Assembly: GCA_003649205.1 (NCBI GenBank)
Contig: QMRC01000004.1
Location: 32,001 to 96,000 of the forward strand
Direction: 5' to 3'
Source: Thermoprotei archaeon
Lineage (GTDB): Archaea > Thermoproteota > Thermoprotei > Thermoproteales > B15-G16
DNA: 64,000 nucleotides
The notes under the pieces are model-generated. The model saw only the letters and a list, made by a program, of their open reading frames with translations. It did no database searches and was not told where the DNA came from. A program made the translations under genes and the position numbers. The stretch's first letter is position 1; every line of letters begins with the position of its first letter. Shown here in pieces: positions 47,767-57,259 of the stretch.

Positions 47767-48198
47767 TTACACTATCATCGTCGCTATGTTAGCTATCTTA
47801 GGCCACCTCTCAGCAGCTTCCTTAGCTACAGGTCCAAAGATCTCCGATGCCTTTGGATCACCTTCCGGTGTACAGAGGACAACAGCATTATCCTCAAAGC
47901 AAATCCATTCACCTGTTGGTCTTCTATAGGGCTTTCTCTGCCTAATCACTATGGCTCTCATGATTTGCTTACGTAGCTCAGGTTTACCCTCTCTAACGGA
48001 TACAACAACCATATCACCAACACTTGCTCCAGGTATTCTCCTCCAAACAGTCTTAGCTCCCTGACCAACAACACCTATAACTCTAACTAACCTAGCACCA
48101 CTGTTATCGGCTACAGGAACTAATGAGTTTATGAATATTGCTGGTGGTATGTGGAACTTGTAACCTACACCGGTAACCTTAGCTCCTCTCTTAGCCAT
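47767..48198 (-). CDS. rpl14: 50S ribosomal protein uL14
   Basis: [29 protein letters not shown]. Confidence 0.96.
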   Translation of the reverse strand: MAKRGAKVTGVGYKFHIPPAIFINSLVPVADNSGARLVRVIGVVGQGAKTVWRRIPGASVGDMVVVSVREGKPELRKQIMRAIVIRQRKPYRRPTGEWICFEDNAVVLCTPEGDPKASEIFGPVAKEAAERWPKIANIATMIV

Positions 48199-48218
48199 AG
48201 TGATCGCCTAGGTAGGTG

Positions 48219-48809
48219 CTACATTGTGTCTAAATAAGATTTTCCTTCATCACTCTTACTTTGTAAATTGTCTCTCCGTAGCTTCCTTAACACGTTATTA
48301 ATTTCTTCACCATTCATGAGTAGTAGGTCGGGGTTCACTAGGTAGCAGAATAGTACCTCATAAGGTCTAGGAGGTACGTGAATTAGTACTCCAGTTCTGA
48401 ACCACTGCTCAATAACCTTAATGAAGCACCTACCCGCTTGGTATACAAGTCTAGAGTATAGGTAAGGTCTACAGCTCCTATAGTCGAGATCTGTTATTTC
48501 CTTGAGGAAGGTATTCACAACTTTACTCTTTGGAAAGTACTTCAACAACTTTCTACATAGCTTTGCTAGTGTTGACGTATCAGCACTTACATGATTATTA
48601 ACTTCCTCACCTAGGGTAATTAGTACAGCACTCAACCCTACACATGCTAAGCTCAGAACGTTTAAGTACTCAATGCTGTTTTTCAGGAATCTATATAGCG
48701 AATCTAACTCAATTCTCCATACCTTATCCCTGTGTTGCTCTAGGTACTCAATACCTCTCTTTAGGTGTCTTTCATTGATTTTAGCTATGTACACCAATTC
48801 AGTGATCAA
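48219..48809 (-). CDS. Hypothetical protein
   Basis: 196-aa ORF with GAGGGTGA RBS, co-oriented with rpl14. Confidence 0.55.
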   Translation of the reverse strand: MITELVYIAKINERHLKRGIEYLEQHRDKVWRIELDSLYRFLKNSIEYLNVLSLACVGLSAVLITLGEEVNNHVSADTSTLAKLCRKLLKYFPKSKVVNTFLKEITDLDYRSCRPYLYSRLVYQAGRCFIKVIEQWFRTGVLIHVPPRPYEVLFCYLVNPDLLLMNGEEINNVLRKLRRDNLQSKSDEGKSYLDTM

Positions 48810-48840
48810 GAAATCACCCTCAGGTACCTATTTGAGGTGA

Positions 48841-48892
48841 TCAGTAAGGGGGTCAAAGGTCATCGAATTCCCTCGGGGAGTTATGTCATCAT
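48841..48892 (-). ncRNA. Box C/D sRNA, possible tRNA D-loop guide
   Basis: ATGATGA-cataactcc-CCGA-gggaat-TCGATGA-cctttgaccccctta-CTGA. Confidence 0.7.
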
Positions 48893-48945
48893 CGTGTATG
48901 TGCTACATGGAAATACCTAAAAACTCTACTCTCGAGACTGAGTTT

Positions 48946-48994
48946 GTGATGAGGCTAGACCATTCAGAGAGGTGAAGAAAAAGGCCGCCGCTGA
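48946..48994 (+). ncRNA. Box C/D sRNA, probable tRNA guide
   Basis: GTGATGA-ggctagaccatt-CAGA-gag-GTGAAGA-aaaaggccgccg-CTGA; complements tRNA-like UGGUCUAGCC. Confidence 0.85.
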
Positions 48995-49002
48995 ATTAGT
49001 TA

Positions 49003-50148
49003 ATGCAGGTAATTTCTATGACATGCATTAGGAAGCTGATTGGTGGTTCCATCCTCTATGGTGATGACCTACCTACTGGGTGTAGGTTATGTCTTAGAGG
49101 TAGGAAGTCTGTCATCTTCATCACGGGTCTCTGTAATGTTAAGTGCTTTTACTGTCCTATTGACGAGTCTAGGTTTGGTGTTGATGTAGTTGCTGTGAAT
49201 GATGTTCCTGTTCCTCTCGGTAATGAAGATGAGATGTTGGAGTGCATTGCTCGTGAATGTGAGGTGTGTTGTAGTTATGGTGTTGGTATTACTGGTGGTG
49301 AGCCATCTCTAGTAATTGATCGAGTTGCTAAGGTAGTTACGTACCTGAGAAATTGCTTTGGTGAAGATTTTCACGTACATATATACGTTCACGCAAGAGG
49401 AATTGATTCTGAAGTTGCGAAGCACCTAGTTACTCTATGTGATGAGGTTAGAGTGCACTCACTCTCTTGTGATGAGATTCGTAGAGCATTGAGATATCTT
49501 GAAGTTGTGCGTAAGGCTGAAGCCTCGCGAGCAGTGTTAGGGATTGAGGTCCCTGTGATCCCAGGTCAGGTTCAGCATTATGTTGACCTGGTACGTGTAG
49601 CTCGTGAGTGTGGTGCCTCGTTCGTTAACCTAAATGAGTTAGAGATGACTGGTGTTGGTGAGCTTAAGCTTCGTGAGCTAGGTTACAGGATTAGAGCTAA
49701 CTCACTTACAGCTGTGTTAGGGAGCTATGAGACAGGTGTCAGAGTTATTGAGGAGATTTCCCGTAGAGGTCTCGACATTACCGTACATCTGTGTACAGCT
49801 GAAGCTAAGGATAGTGTTCAGTTGAGGACTAGACTCTACATGAAGTCCACGGTAACTACGATGCCCCATGAAGAGGTTACGGATGAAGGTACTATCAGGA
49901 AGGTATTGATTTCCTCCAACCCTAATCATATTGACGAGTTGATTGAAGTAATTACGAAATTCATACCGAGCAACCTCATTGTACGAGTTAATGAGCAAAC
50001 ACTTGAGGTACCTGTATTCGTGCTCAAGATACCTCAGCTTAGTAAGGTACTCAAGGAGAGAGCTAGCTACCTAGCTATTGTCGAAGAAGTTATTCGTGGT
50101 AGTGAACGAGTTGTAGTGAGTAGGCTCAGCTTAGGGGGTTCTCAGTAA
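49003..50148 (+). CDS. Archaeal radical SAM protein (COG2108-like)
   Basis: GCRLCLRGRK, CNVKCFYC, GITGGEP, NLNELE. Confidence 0.85.
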   Translation: MQVISMTCIRKLIGGSILYGDDLPTGCRLCLRGRKSVIFITGLCNVKCFYCPIDESRFGVDVVAVNDVPVPLGNEDEMLECIARECEVCCSYGVGITGGEPSLVIDRVAKVVTYLRNCFGEDFHVHIYVHARGIDSEVAKHLVTLCDEVRVHSLSCDEIRRALRYLEVVRKAEASRAVLGIEVPVIPGQVQHYVDLVRVARECGASFVNLNELEMTGVGELKLRELGYRIRANSLTAVLGSYETGVRVIEEISRRGLDITVHLCTAEAKDSVQLRTRLYMKSTVTTMPHEEVTDEGTIRKVLISSNPNHIDELIEVITKFIPSNLIVRVNEQTLEVPVFVLKIPQLSKVLKERASYLAIVEEVIRGSERVVVSRLSLGGSQ

Positions 50149-50178
50149 GAGAGTTTAAGGTGTCTACCTTGTGATGTA

Positions 50179-51429
50179 TTGGGGATTACTGTGATCAGAA
50201 GGAGTAAGGTAGCACTTGAACCATATCAGTTAGAGTCTGGTCCTGTTCCTGAAGAGATATACCACGGAATTCACCTTCCCGAAACATTTCACGAGAAGGA
50301 GTATCGACTTGTCGATCTCTCATACATACTCTATGCTGCACAAGGTGTTAGAGAGAAGAGATGGGGGATAAGATTTCGAACAGTTCCCTCTGCTGGTGCT
50401 ACCTATCCACTGGAGGTGTACGTGGTTGCTCGAGCTGTTGAGGGTTTAAGTCCTGGTATCTACCACTACGTTGCTGAAAGTGTGACAGAGCACTATCTAG
50501 AGCGAGTATCTGACCTCGATGCGGTACCCGAGCTAGAAAAACTCATGGGTAAGGTACCCTGTTCACTGATCATTTCATCCATATATGAGAGGACTACAGC
50601 TAGGTACGGTCATAGGGGGATTAGATACGTTCACCTAGAGGTTGGTCATTTACTACAGAATGTGTGGCTTATGGCTACCCTCCTTATGTCTGACATAGAG
50701 CCTATCCCTATTCCACAGGAACTAGAGGAGAGATTGAGGAATATTGTGAGTGGGAGACCTCATATGCTAATTCACGTAGGTTATGGTAGTGGTGTTAGGA
50801 GTATCGCTCCTAAAGATGAGTTTACAGAAATCCCAATTCTTAAAGAGGTTGAAGTTCTTGAGTTTGAAAGGAGTTCCCTACCTCTTGCTATCGCTGTTAG
50901 AGAGCGGAGATCCGTTAGAGAGTTCAGTAAGGGTGAAGTGCTGAAGTTTAGTTCGTTATGTAGGTTGTTAGTTGCTGGTTCAGGTTACGGTAAGTATGGT
51001 TACAGGACATATATACCGCTGAACTTCAGTGAGTATACTTGCGAACTATTTGTAGTTGTGAGGTCTGTTAATGGTATTGAGCCTGGTGTCTACCGCTACA
51101 ATCCTCTACGCGGTGTACTGGAGCTAGTTAGGAAAGGAGCTGTCTATGCTGAGTTAGCTGATGCGTGTCTAGGTCAGGAATGGGTTGAGAATGCTCAAGT
51201 AAACTTCGTGATCCTCGCACGTAAGACATCACTTAAGAGAGTAGGTACGTACGTAGCAGAGATTGAGGCTGGTCAAATGTGTCAGAACATTTGTCTACAA
51301 GCTACAGCACTTGAGCTAGGTAGTGTACCCATCGGTGCATTCTATGATTTTGAGGTACTGAGAGTTCTAGGTGTACCGCTTGAGGTGTATGAACCTCTGT
51401 ACGTGTGCTCGGTAGGTGTTAGGTGGTGA
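50179..51429 (+). CDS. SagB-type nitroreductase-fold protein, two domains
   Basis: RTVPSAGATYP, RYGHRGIRY, RRSVREF, IGAFYD. Confidence 0.85.
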   Translation: MGITVIRRSKVALEPYQLESGPVPEEIYHGIHLPETFHEKEYRLVDLSYILYAAQGVREKRWGIRFRTVPSAGATYPLEVYVVARAVEGLSPGIYHYVAESVTEHYLERVSDLDAVPELEKLMGKVPCSLIISSIYERTTARYGHRGIRYVHLEVGHLLQNVWLMATLLMSDIEPIPIPQELEERLRNIVSGRPHMLIHVGYGSGVRSIAPKDEFTEIPILKEVEVLEFERSSLPLAIAVRERRSVREFSKGEVLKFSSLCRLLVAGSGYGKYGYRTYIPLNFSEYTCELFVVVRSVNGIEPGVYRYNPLRGVLELVRKGAVYAELADACLGQEWVENAQVNFVILARKTSLKRVGTYVAEIEAGQMCQNICLQATALELGSVPIGAFYDFEVLRVLGVPLEVYEPLYVCSVGVRW

Positions 51430-51432
51430 GAT

Positions 51433-51756
51433 GTGGTGAAGAGATCTAATGAGCTAGATGTTGTAGATAAGGTACTTAGCAAGGCTGAGCGCCTAATCAA
51501 TGAGGGTAGAGTAGTTAGAGTTAGCGATCGCTTATTCTATGTCATTGGTGATCACATGAAGTACTTCGTCCGTGTAGGACCTGAAGGACCTCACTGTATG
51601 TGTGAGGGCTTTAAGAAGAGAGGTTTTTGTTCGCACTCTATAGCTGTTATGATGGTTCTACTAGGTAGGTATGATGTTAAGGTACTTGAGGAGAAGGTTA
51701 GGGAGAGGTTACTGAGAGATAGGCAATTATTAGGTAGGGGCAGGAAAATGAGGTAA
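51433..51756 (+). CDS. SWIM zinc-finger protein
   Basis: CMC...CSH. Confidence 0.8.
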   Translation: MVKRSNELDVVDKVLSKAERLINEGRVVRVSDRLFYVIGDHMKYFVRVGPEGPHCMCEGFKKRGFCSHSIAVMMVLLGRYDVKVLEEKVRERLLRDRQLLGRGRKMR

Positions 51757-51765
51757 CTTAGAGTA

Positions 51766-52482
51766 TTGGTGAAAAATCAAATTACTCTCCACTACTCACT
51801 TGTGAGCACGGTGAACTACTTGGATGTCAAGAGTACTCTAGTGTTTCTCGTTAAGTCCTATGGATTACTAGGTATATTCCTCATATCATTTATTGGTAAC
51901 GCTATACCATACATCACAATACCCTACCTAGTCGTAGTAATGACGTACGTTGGTACGGTTAAGGTAAATCCTCTAGTAGTTGGTATTATTAGTGGTATTG
52001 GTGCAGCCTTGGGAAAGGTTGTAGTTTACCTTCTAGGTAGATTAGCTGGTAAGTTTGTCTCAGAGGAGAGGAAGGAGCATTTAATTAAGTTCGTGCTAAA
52101 GTTCGAGAAGGAAATTTTCCTAGCTATCCTAATTCTTGCTGCCACACCATCCCCAGACGATGTAATTTACATACCTGTTGGAGCATCTAGGTACCCACTT
52201 TTGAAGTTCTTTATAGCGTGTGCACTGGGTAAGGTTGTGATATCATCATTAACAGCGTCTTTCGGCTGGTTCCTTGGATCAGGTCTTGAACTACTTGGTA
52301 TACCTTGGTACCTACAGTTTATAGCACTACTAGCTCTTTCGCTCTACCTACTATACCTAGCTCTAGCCATTAAGTGGGACCTAGTTCTGAGTGCCTTCGA
52401 AGAGAACTGGATTAAGGGCTTACTCACACTACTCAAGGAGGTAAGGTCTAAAGCTCTTCCAAGACCTAGAGTTAGTAGGTGA
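51766..52482 (+). CDS. DedA/VTT-domain membrane protein
   Basis: GAALGKVVVYLLGR, ATPSPDD. Confidence 0.85.
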   Translation: MVKNQITLHYSLVSTVNYLDVKSTLVFLVKSYGLLGIFLISFIGNAIPYITIPYLVVVMTYVGTVKVNPLVVGIISGIGAALGKVVVYLLGRLAGKFVSEERKEHLIKFVLKFEKEIFLAILILAATPSPDDVIYIPVGASRYPLLKFFIACALGKVVISSLTASFGWFLGSGLELLGIPWYLQFIALLALSLYLLYLALAIKWDLVLSAFEENWIKGLLTLLKEVRSKALPRPRVSR

Positions 52483-52533
52483 TGAGGGCACTCGGGACTG
52501 AGATGTGTTGTGATGTATTTTCCGCATTGCTGA
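52479..52533 (+). ncRNA. Box C/D sRNA, 16S double guide; box C overlaps the upstream stop codon
   Basis: GTGATGA-gggcactcggga-CTGA-gatgtgtt-GTGATGT-attttccgcattg-CTGA; complements CCCGAGUGCC and CAAUGCGG. Confidence 0.85.
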
Positions 52534-52581
52534 TGATGTACTAGGAAAACTTATTACTAATACATCGATTCCCTACTCTGG

Positions 52582-52634
52582 ATGAAGAAGACCTCGGATT
52601 CTGAATTAGTGATGATGCTTCCCCACGTTTCAGA
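52582..52634 (+). ncRNA. Box C/D sRNA
   Basis: ATGAAGA-agacctcggatt-CTGA-atta-GTGATGA-tgcttccccacgttt-CAGA. Confidence 0.75.
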
Positions 52635-52637
52635 TAT

Positions 52638-52684
52638 TCAGCTAGTAGCGGCTTCCTCACCTATCAGAACCCCTCCTTCATCAC
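52638..52684 (-). ncRNA. Box C/D sRNA
   Basis: GTGATGA-aggaggggtt-CTGA-tag-GTGAGGA-agccgctactag-CTGA. Confidence 0.85.
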
Positions 52685-52699
52685 CAGGTTAATAGAGAT

Positions 52700-53761
52700 G
52701 TGAGAGTTTATATACCTCAGATTTTAAGCTTGTATCCGTTAGTCATGAGAGGTAGATCAGTTAGACAGAGGAGAGTAATTCATCCAGTAATTGCCTTACT
52801 CGAGGAGTACGGTAGGGGTATAGAGGATCTACTCTACGCTAATTTACCGAAGGACTTGATCACCGCGAAGGAAGGTGTTAGGTATAGGTACAGTCTATTG
52901 AGTACAAGTGAATCCCTACGTAAGTTCATTGATGAGTACCGTAGTGTTGCTCATGTTGATGAGCTATATAGGTATGTACTCTTCATGGCAACTACCTTGT
53001 CTGCTGTTGGTAGAGGTCACGTAGTTATGGAGCCTCTTTACAGATCAATTAGGGATCTGTACGATAGTGGTGAGTTTAGGGATGTAGTGACTGGTTCTGT
53101 ACGTGAGTTCACTAAAGTTAGGGATGTAGCTGAGGAGTTCATTAGGATGTATGGTGAGTACTCTGGTCGTTCACTATCAGTATCGGTTGAGGAGCTAACT
53201 AAGGTTTGGATAAGGACTGCACGGAGGATTGAGTGGATCTGTAGGGTTAAAGCTGATGACTTAATCTCGTACCTAGCGCGTTTCACATCAGTTCGTAGAT
53301 TCATGGTGGAATTGATGCGAGATTTCGTCTACTATGTGGTGAAGGGAGGTAAGGTATCAAAGAGTATAAGATTACTGACTAAGTGGTCTTGTCACCCGAA
53401 GATAACTGCTCCACTAGCTATCGAAATATGTAGAAGAGGGAAGTACGTTGAGTACGTTGCTCCAATAGACATGTACACAGCTACCGTTGTCTTTAGGTCA
53501 GGTCTCTTCACGTTAATTAGCGGTGAGAAGGTCAATGTATTACTAGCTAAGTTGGAGAGAGCTAAGGAAAGAGGTAGTACTGTCATCTTAAAACTGAGTA
53601 AGTGGGATGATGTTGTTCAGAAGCTTCTCCACATAGGTCAAGACCCTATAGCTCTTGAAAATGCTCTATTTAACATAGGGTACAGATTCTGTCGTACATC
53701 TACGTGCGATAAGTGTCCTCTAGCTAACTACTGTAGGAACTACCCGGTAAAGGTGAAATAG
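52700..53761 (+). CDS. Hypothetical protein with C-terminal EndoIII-like Fe-S loop
   Basis: APIDMY...VFRSG and FCRTSTCDKCPLANYC. Confidence 0.65.
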   Translation: MRVYIPQILSLYPLVMRGRSVRQRRVIHPVIALLEEYGRGIEDLLYANLPKDLITAKEGVRYRYSLLSTSESLRKFIDEYRSVAHVDELYRYVLFMATTLSAVGRGHVVMEPLYRSIRDLYDSGEFRDVVTGSVREFTKVRDVAEEFIRMYGEYSGRSLSVSVEELTKVWIRTARRIEWICRVKADDLISYLARFTSVRRFMVELMRDFVYYVVKGGKVSKSIRLLTKWSCHPKITAPLAIEICRRGKYVEYVAPIDMYTATVVFRSGLFTLISGEKVNVLLAKLERAKERGSTVILKLSKWDDVVQKLLHIGQDPIALENALFNIGYRFCRTSTCDKCPLANYCRNYPVKVK

Positions 53762-53791
53762 CTTTAAATCAGTTAAGTAAGCAACATAGTG

Positions 53792-53840
53792 GTGATGAGC
53801 TCTTGCCCGTCTGAGCTATGACGATAAACTGCGGGACTGA
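53792..53840 (+). ncRNA. Box C/D sRNA with own promoter
   Basis: GTGATGA-gctcttgcccgt-CTGA-gct-ATGACGA-taaactgcggga-CTGA; CTTTAAAT at 53762. Confidence 0.88.
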
Positions 53841-53912
53841 GCTCAGTGCACATCACCAATGCGAGTAATTTAAGGTGGAATTAATCAATAACAAATAGAT
53901 GTCTTCTCTGGG

Positions 53913-53963
53913 ATGAGGAATCTTCGGCGGCGATTGAGAGGTGACGAGTGAGGGAGTCACCGA
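53913..53963 (+). ncRNA. Box C/D sRNA
   Basis: ATGAGGA-atcttcggcggcga-TTGA-gag-GTGACGA-gtgagggagtca-CCGA. Confidence 0.68.
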
Positions 53964-54568
53964 CCGCAATCTACTACCTTCTCTAACCTATGAACCTTTA
54001 GACCGCACCCTGTACACATGAGCATCCTCGTGTAGGCTAGTGAGTCCAGTATTGCCGAGTACACAACTCTCTCACGAACTAACCATAGGGTTGATGAGCA
54101 TCGAGGACAGGAACCCATTTGTCTCAGTAATCTAGGTCTTACCCCCACGATCTCTACGAAGTAGTCCCTAATCAACCTCCTACACACAACACCCTCTAGA
54201 TTAGCTAGTGTAGTCGGTAGTGAGTGTACGTGGAGTACGGAAGGTATTATGTCAGGTAACCTCCATAGTTCGCCACTATCTTTCAACCACCTCACAACTC
54301 TAATGTAGATAGTTGTCGAATAGGGTGCTAGAAGTAGAGTAGGTTCCTTAGGTCTAATCACACCATTGAGTACAAACCGCAGGAATCTATAGGGTGCTTC
54401 CTTGTATTCAGGTACAGGGTACACCCACACCTTAAATTTCAGTGAACCCCATGTACACGTGAGAAGACCATACTCACCCTCAAGTTCAACAATACCATCT
54501 ACCCAATACTTCAAATACTGCTTAACAGCCCTAACCCAATTCCTCAGCTCAGTACCCAAAGAAGTCAC
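53957..54568 (-). CDS. Hypothetical protein with C-terminal zinc ribbon
   Basis: CPRC...CTGC. Confidence 0.6.
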   Translation of the reverse strand: MTSLGTELRNWVRAVKQYLKYWVDGIVELEGEYGLLTCTWGSLKFKVWVYPVPEYKEAPYRFLRFVLNGVIRPKEPTLLLAPYSTTIYIRVVRWLKDSGELWRLPDIIPSVLHVHSLPTTLANLEGVVCRRLIRDYFVEIVGVRPRLLRQMGSCPRCSSTLWLVRERVVYSAILDSLAYTRMLMCTGCGLKVHRLEKVVDCGR

Positions 54569-54611
54569 CTAACGAAGTACTTATTAGGGGAGACACAGTA
54601 CGGTATCTACG

Positions 54612-54665
54612 GTGATGAAGCACCTCGGCAATGTGATGAGTTGTGATTAGGCGGGCAGCAACTGA
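54612..54665 (+). ncRNA. Box C/D sRNA
   Basis: GTGATGA-agcacctcggcaat-GTGA-tgagtt-GTGATTA-ggcgggcagcaa-CTGA. Confidence 0.78.
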
Positions 54666-54697
54666 CTCTCTCACTTCAATAGCTCTCCGATGAGGCT

Positions 54698-54749
54698 GTG
54701 ATGAGTGTTGGGGCCGAGACAGATTAGTGAAGAGACCCCCAATCGCTGA
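54698..54749 (+). ncRNA. Box C/D sRNA
   Basis: GTGATGA-gtgttggggccgaga-CAGA-tta-GTGAAGA-gacccccaatcg-CTGA. Confidence 0.85.
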
Positions 54750-54754
54750 GTTCA

Positions 54755-55408
54755 TCACACCTTAACTACCTCCCTAATGGCTTCTGGAGGTACGTAATCA
54801 GTAACATATATGTGATCCGTAGCTCTGTACACTCTATGACCTAACCTCCTCAGCAACTCAACATCTATAACCAGAACTGCAGGTCTACCCTTCCTCTTAC
54901 CAACTACAACAGCGTCCTCAAATCTATCGGTTAGGTGAACCCACATCCTCTTCATAGGCTTTAGCCCCTCCTTCAGTATCCTAGGTACATTCTCAACAGC
55001 TGTACCGTGGTACAGTATTTTCACTTCCCGATCCTCAATATAGCTTATCTTGACCCTGATGCTATGTCCGTACCTAGCTCTTATCTTGTTACCAATAATC
55101 TCGAACCTACCCTTGGGATCTAGCTGAGCTACAGCAATTACGTGCTCTTTAGTAACCCACTGGTAGAGATGTCTATTACGCCACTTCTTACGAATAGCTT
55201 CAACCAGTTCATCAATATCAACAAACCCTTCATCATCTAATTTCAACCCTACAACCTGAGGAAAGTGCCTGAGTAATCCTGACATGAGTTTACTCAACAT
55301 CTCACGTCTACTACCCGATAAGAATATCCTAGTAGGTTTCCCACAGTGTACCTCGTCTTCAGTAAAGGCACCACAGACAGTACACCTACGTATATCTGGC
55401 ATCACCAT
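54755..55408 (-). CDS. kptA: RNA 2'-phosphotransferase (KptA/Tpt1)
   Basis: LLRH, KGRFE, RARYGHS, LYHGT, MKRMWVHL. Confidence 0.93.
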   Translation of the reverse strand: MVMPDIRRCTVCGAFTEDEVHCGKPTRIFLSGSRREMLSKLMSGLLRHFPQVVGLKLDDEGFVDIDELVEAIRKKWRNRHLYQWVTKEHVIAVAQLDPKGRFEIIGNKIRARYGHSIRVKISYIEDREVKILYHGTAVENVPRILKEGLKPMKRMWVHLTDRFEDAVVVGKRKGRPAVLVIDVELLRRLGHRVYRATDHIYVTDYVPPEAIREVVKV

Positions 55409-55432
55409 GATCTCACCAATAGCGCTATAGCC

Positions 55433-55484
55433 TCAGTCTGCCCAAGCTCGATCACTGATCTCACGCTGGCGTAAGGCACATCAT
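55433..55484 (-). ncRNA. Box C/D sRNA overlapping the DHH gene stop
   Basis: ATGATGT-gccttacgccagc-GTGA-gatca-GTGATCG-agcttgggcaga-CTGA. Confidence 0.65.
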
Positions 55485-56704
55485 CGGCTAAGTAGGGCAT
55501 CATCTACCCTACTGATGAACTCCTCCTCACGTCCACGCAAGATAACACCAGAAGCAGCAAATGCATGACCATCACCGACACCACCAAACTCAGAGCATAA
55601 CCTAATTACCTCTGATAGAGGTTTAGCTTTACCCTCACTAACTAACTTCTCGAGTAGATTAGTAACTCGGAACGACACCTTAGTGTAGTCGTGCTCTAAC
55701 TCACCAAGTCCCGGTACTTCTCTCCTCATGTACATCATACCTGCGATGTACTTATCCTCCTTAATCAAGTCCTTCCTTCTATACCTAAGGTAAGACGTGA
55801 AAAGACCAATAACCTTAACACCAAGACCATCAAAGAGATTACCTACATGAAACCATTGAACAGATCTAAGTACCCTAAGCTCCTTCTCAACAAGTTCCTG
55901 TGCTTCTCTAAACTTAGTGTCTCTTAGCTTCTGCAGCTTCTCAACCATATCGAGAGCAAGATCGTGAAGGCCATGGATGCAGATGTCAATAGCCATCTCT
56001 GGTCCTCGCTGGTAGTAGCCAATAGCTGCTAAGGTAGTTAACTTAGCTGAGAGCGACCTGTAGCTATCTCTATATCCGTGAAAATCAATGAAGTAATCCT
56101 CCCTACCTCTGTACTTCCTAACAACAACGGTCCTCCTATTGAAGCACTCACGCAAGATCTCTCTACCCAAAGCACTCAACCAAAGGTTACCAGTTATCTC
56201 AGCTGCACCGACTACAGGTAGGTACGAGAACGCAGAGACTTCACTACTTATAGCACGAGCTAGGTAGTACGTAACTATGGAAGCAGAAGCATCCTTCTCA
56301 CCAGAGAACTCAAATAGCTCTGGATTTAGGTGAAGAACGTGACCAAGCTCAGCAACTCTACACTCTTCAGGAAAATCGTGGTGATCAACTACAACAACTA
56401 AGTTATCTCGACCAATTCTCCTAGAAACCTCGTGGATCTTCACTAAGTGAGGTGAACCAAGATCAACATACATGACAAAACCCTTACTCACGCTATGTAC
56501 CTTCTCAATAATTTCAGGAAGGACCTTCTCAACACAAATAGTCTTAACCCTAAACCCTCTTGTCTCAAGTGCTAACTTCATTAACGCAGCCGATACGACA
56601 CCATCTGCATCATCGTGGTGAATTAACAAGCAATCACTAACACCTACCTTAAGTATTGTTGAAGCTATCTTCTCGACATGCTCCTTGAAACGCTCAAGAG
56701 ACAA
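55481..56704 (-). CDS. DHH-family phosphoesterase (RecJ-like)
   Basis: HDDADG, VDLGS, VDHH, NPELF, GDGHAFAAS. Confidence 0.88.
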   Translation of the reverse strand: MSLERFKEHVEKIASTILKVGVSDCLLIHHDDADGVVSAALMKLALETRGFRVKTICVEKVLPEIIEKVHSVSKGFVMYVDLGSPHLVKIHEVSRRIGRDNLVVVVDHHDFPEECRVAELGHVLHLNPELFEFSGEKDASASIVTYYLARAISSEVSAFSYLPVVGAAEITGNLWLSALGREILRECFNRRTVVVRKYRGREDYFIDFHGYRDSYRSLSAKLTTLAAIGYYQRGPEMAIDICIHGLHDLALDMVEKLQKLRDTKFREAQELVEKELRVLRSVQWFHVGNLFDGLGVKVIGLFTSYLRYRRKDLIKEDKYIAGMMYMRREVPGLGELEHDYTKVSFRVTNLLEKLVSEGKAKPLSEVIRLCSEFGGVGDGHAFAASGVILRGREEEFISRVDDALLSR

Positions 56705-56807
56705 AATATCTACACCTCACAGTACTTACTAGAGCTCTACAACTAAGGCTCCCTAAGTAGTTAATTAATTACTCTGTCATCGTAAACATGAACTTAGGTG
56801 TTTTCTC

Positions 56808-57215
56808 ATGAAGTGTGAGATCTGTGGTGAGAGAGAAGCTACGTACGTATGTTCTAGGTGTAGGAGGTTAGTGTGTAGTCAGTGCTTCAATGAGATGAAT
56901 TACCTCTGTAATCACTGTAGTAGGTACCTCGATACCCTTAGACAGGACTACGTGGTGTACCTAAGTCATGTGCAGAAGCTATGTAATGAACTCAAAGTAC
57001 GTATGTCAACTCCACAGTGTAGGCTATGTCCGATAGCTCTTGAGCTAGCTCTAACATTGCTGAAGGGTGTTCGTGATGTGAAGAGAGCCTCAGAAGTACA
57101 TAGGTTTGATGATGTGACTAAGATAGCTGATACTGTGGAGAAGGAATTGACTACAATAGCTATGTATTTTCTGGTTTCTCGCAACCTAAGGAGCCTAAGG
57201 GAGAGAGTTGAGTGA
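56808..57215 (+). CDS. Zinc-finger protein
   Basis: CEIC..CSRC..CSQC..CNHC. Confidence 0.75.
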   Translation: MKCEICGEREATYVCSRCRRLVCSQCFNEMNYLCNHCSRYLDTLRQDYVVYLSHVQKLCNELKVRMSTPQCRLCPIALELALTLLKGVRDVKRASEVHRFDDVTKIADTVEKELTTIAMYFLVSRNLRSLRERVE

Positions 57216-57259
57216 AAGTGTCACCCCCTTAAAAACACATTAAGGTACTTTACTAGTGG

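Noticed and set aside
50179-51429. Thiazole/oxazole-modified peptide cluster
   Set aside because: SagB-like gene has no YcaO or precursor nearby; stand-alone homologues are common in archaea.
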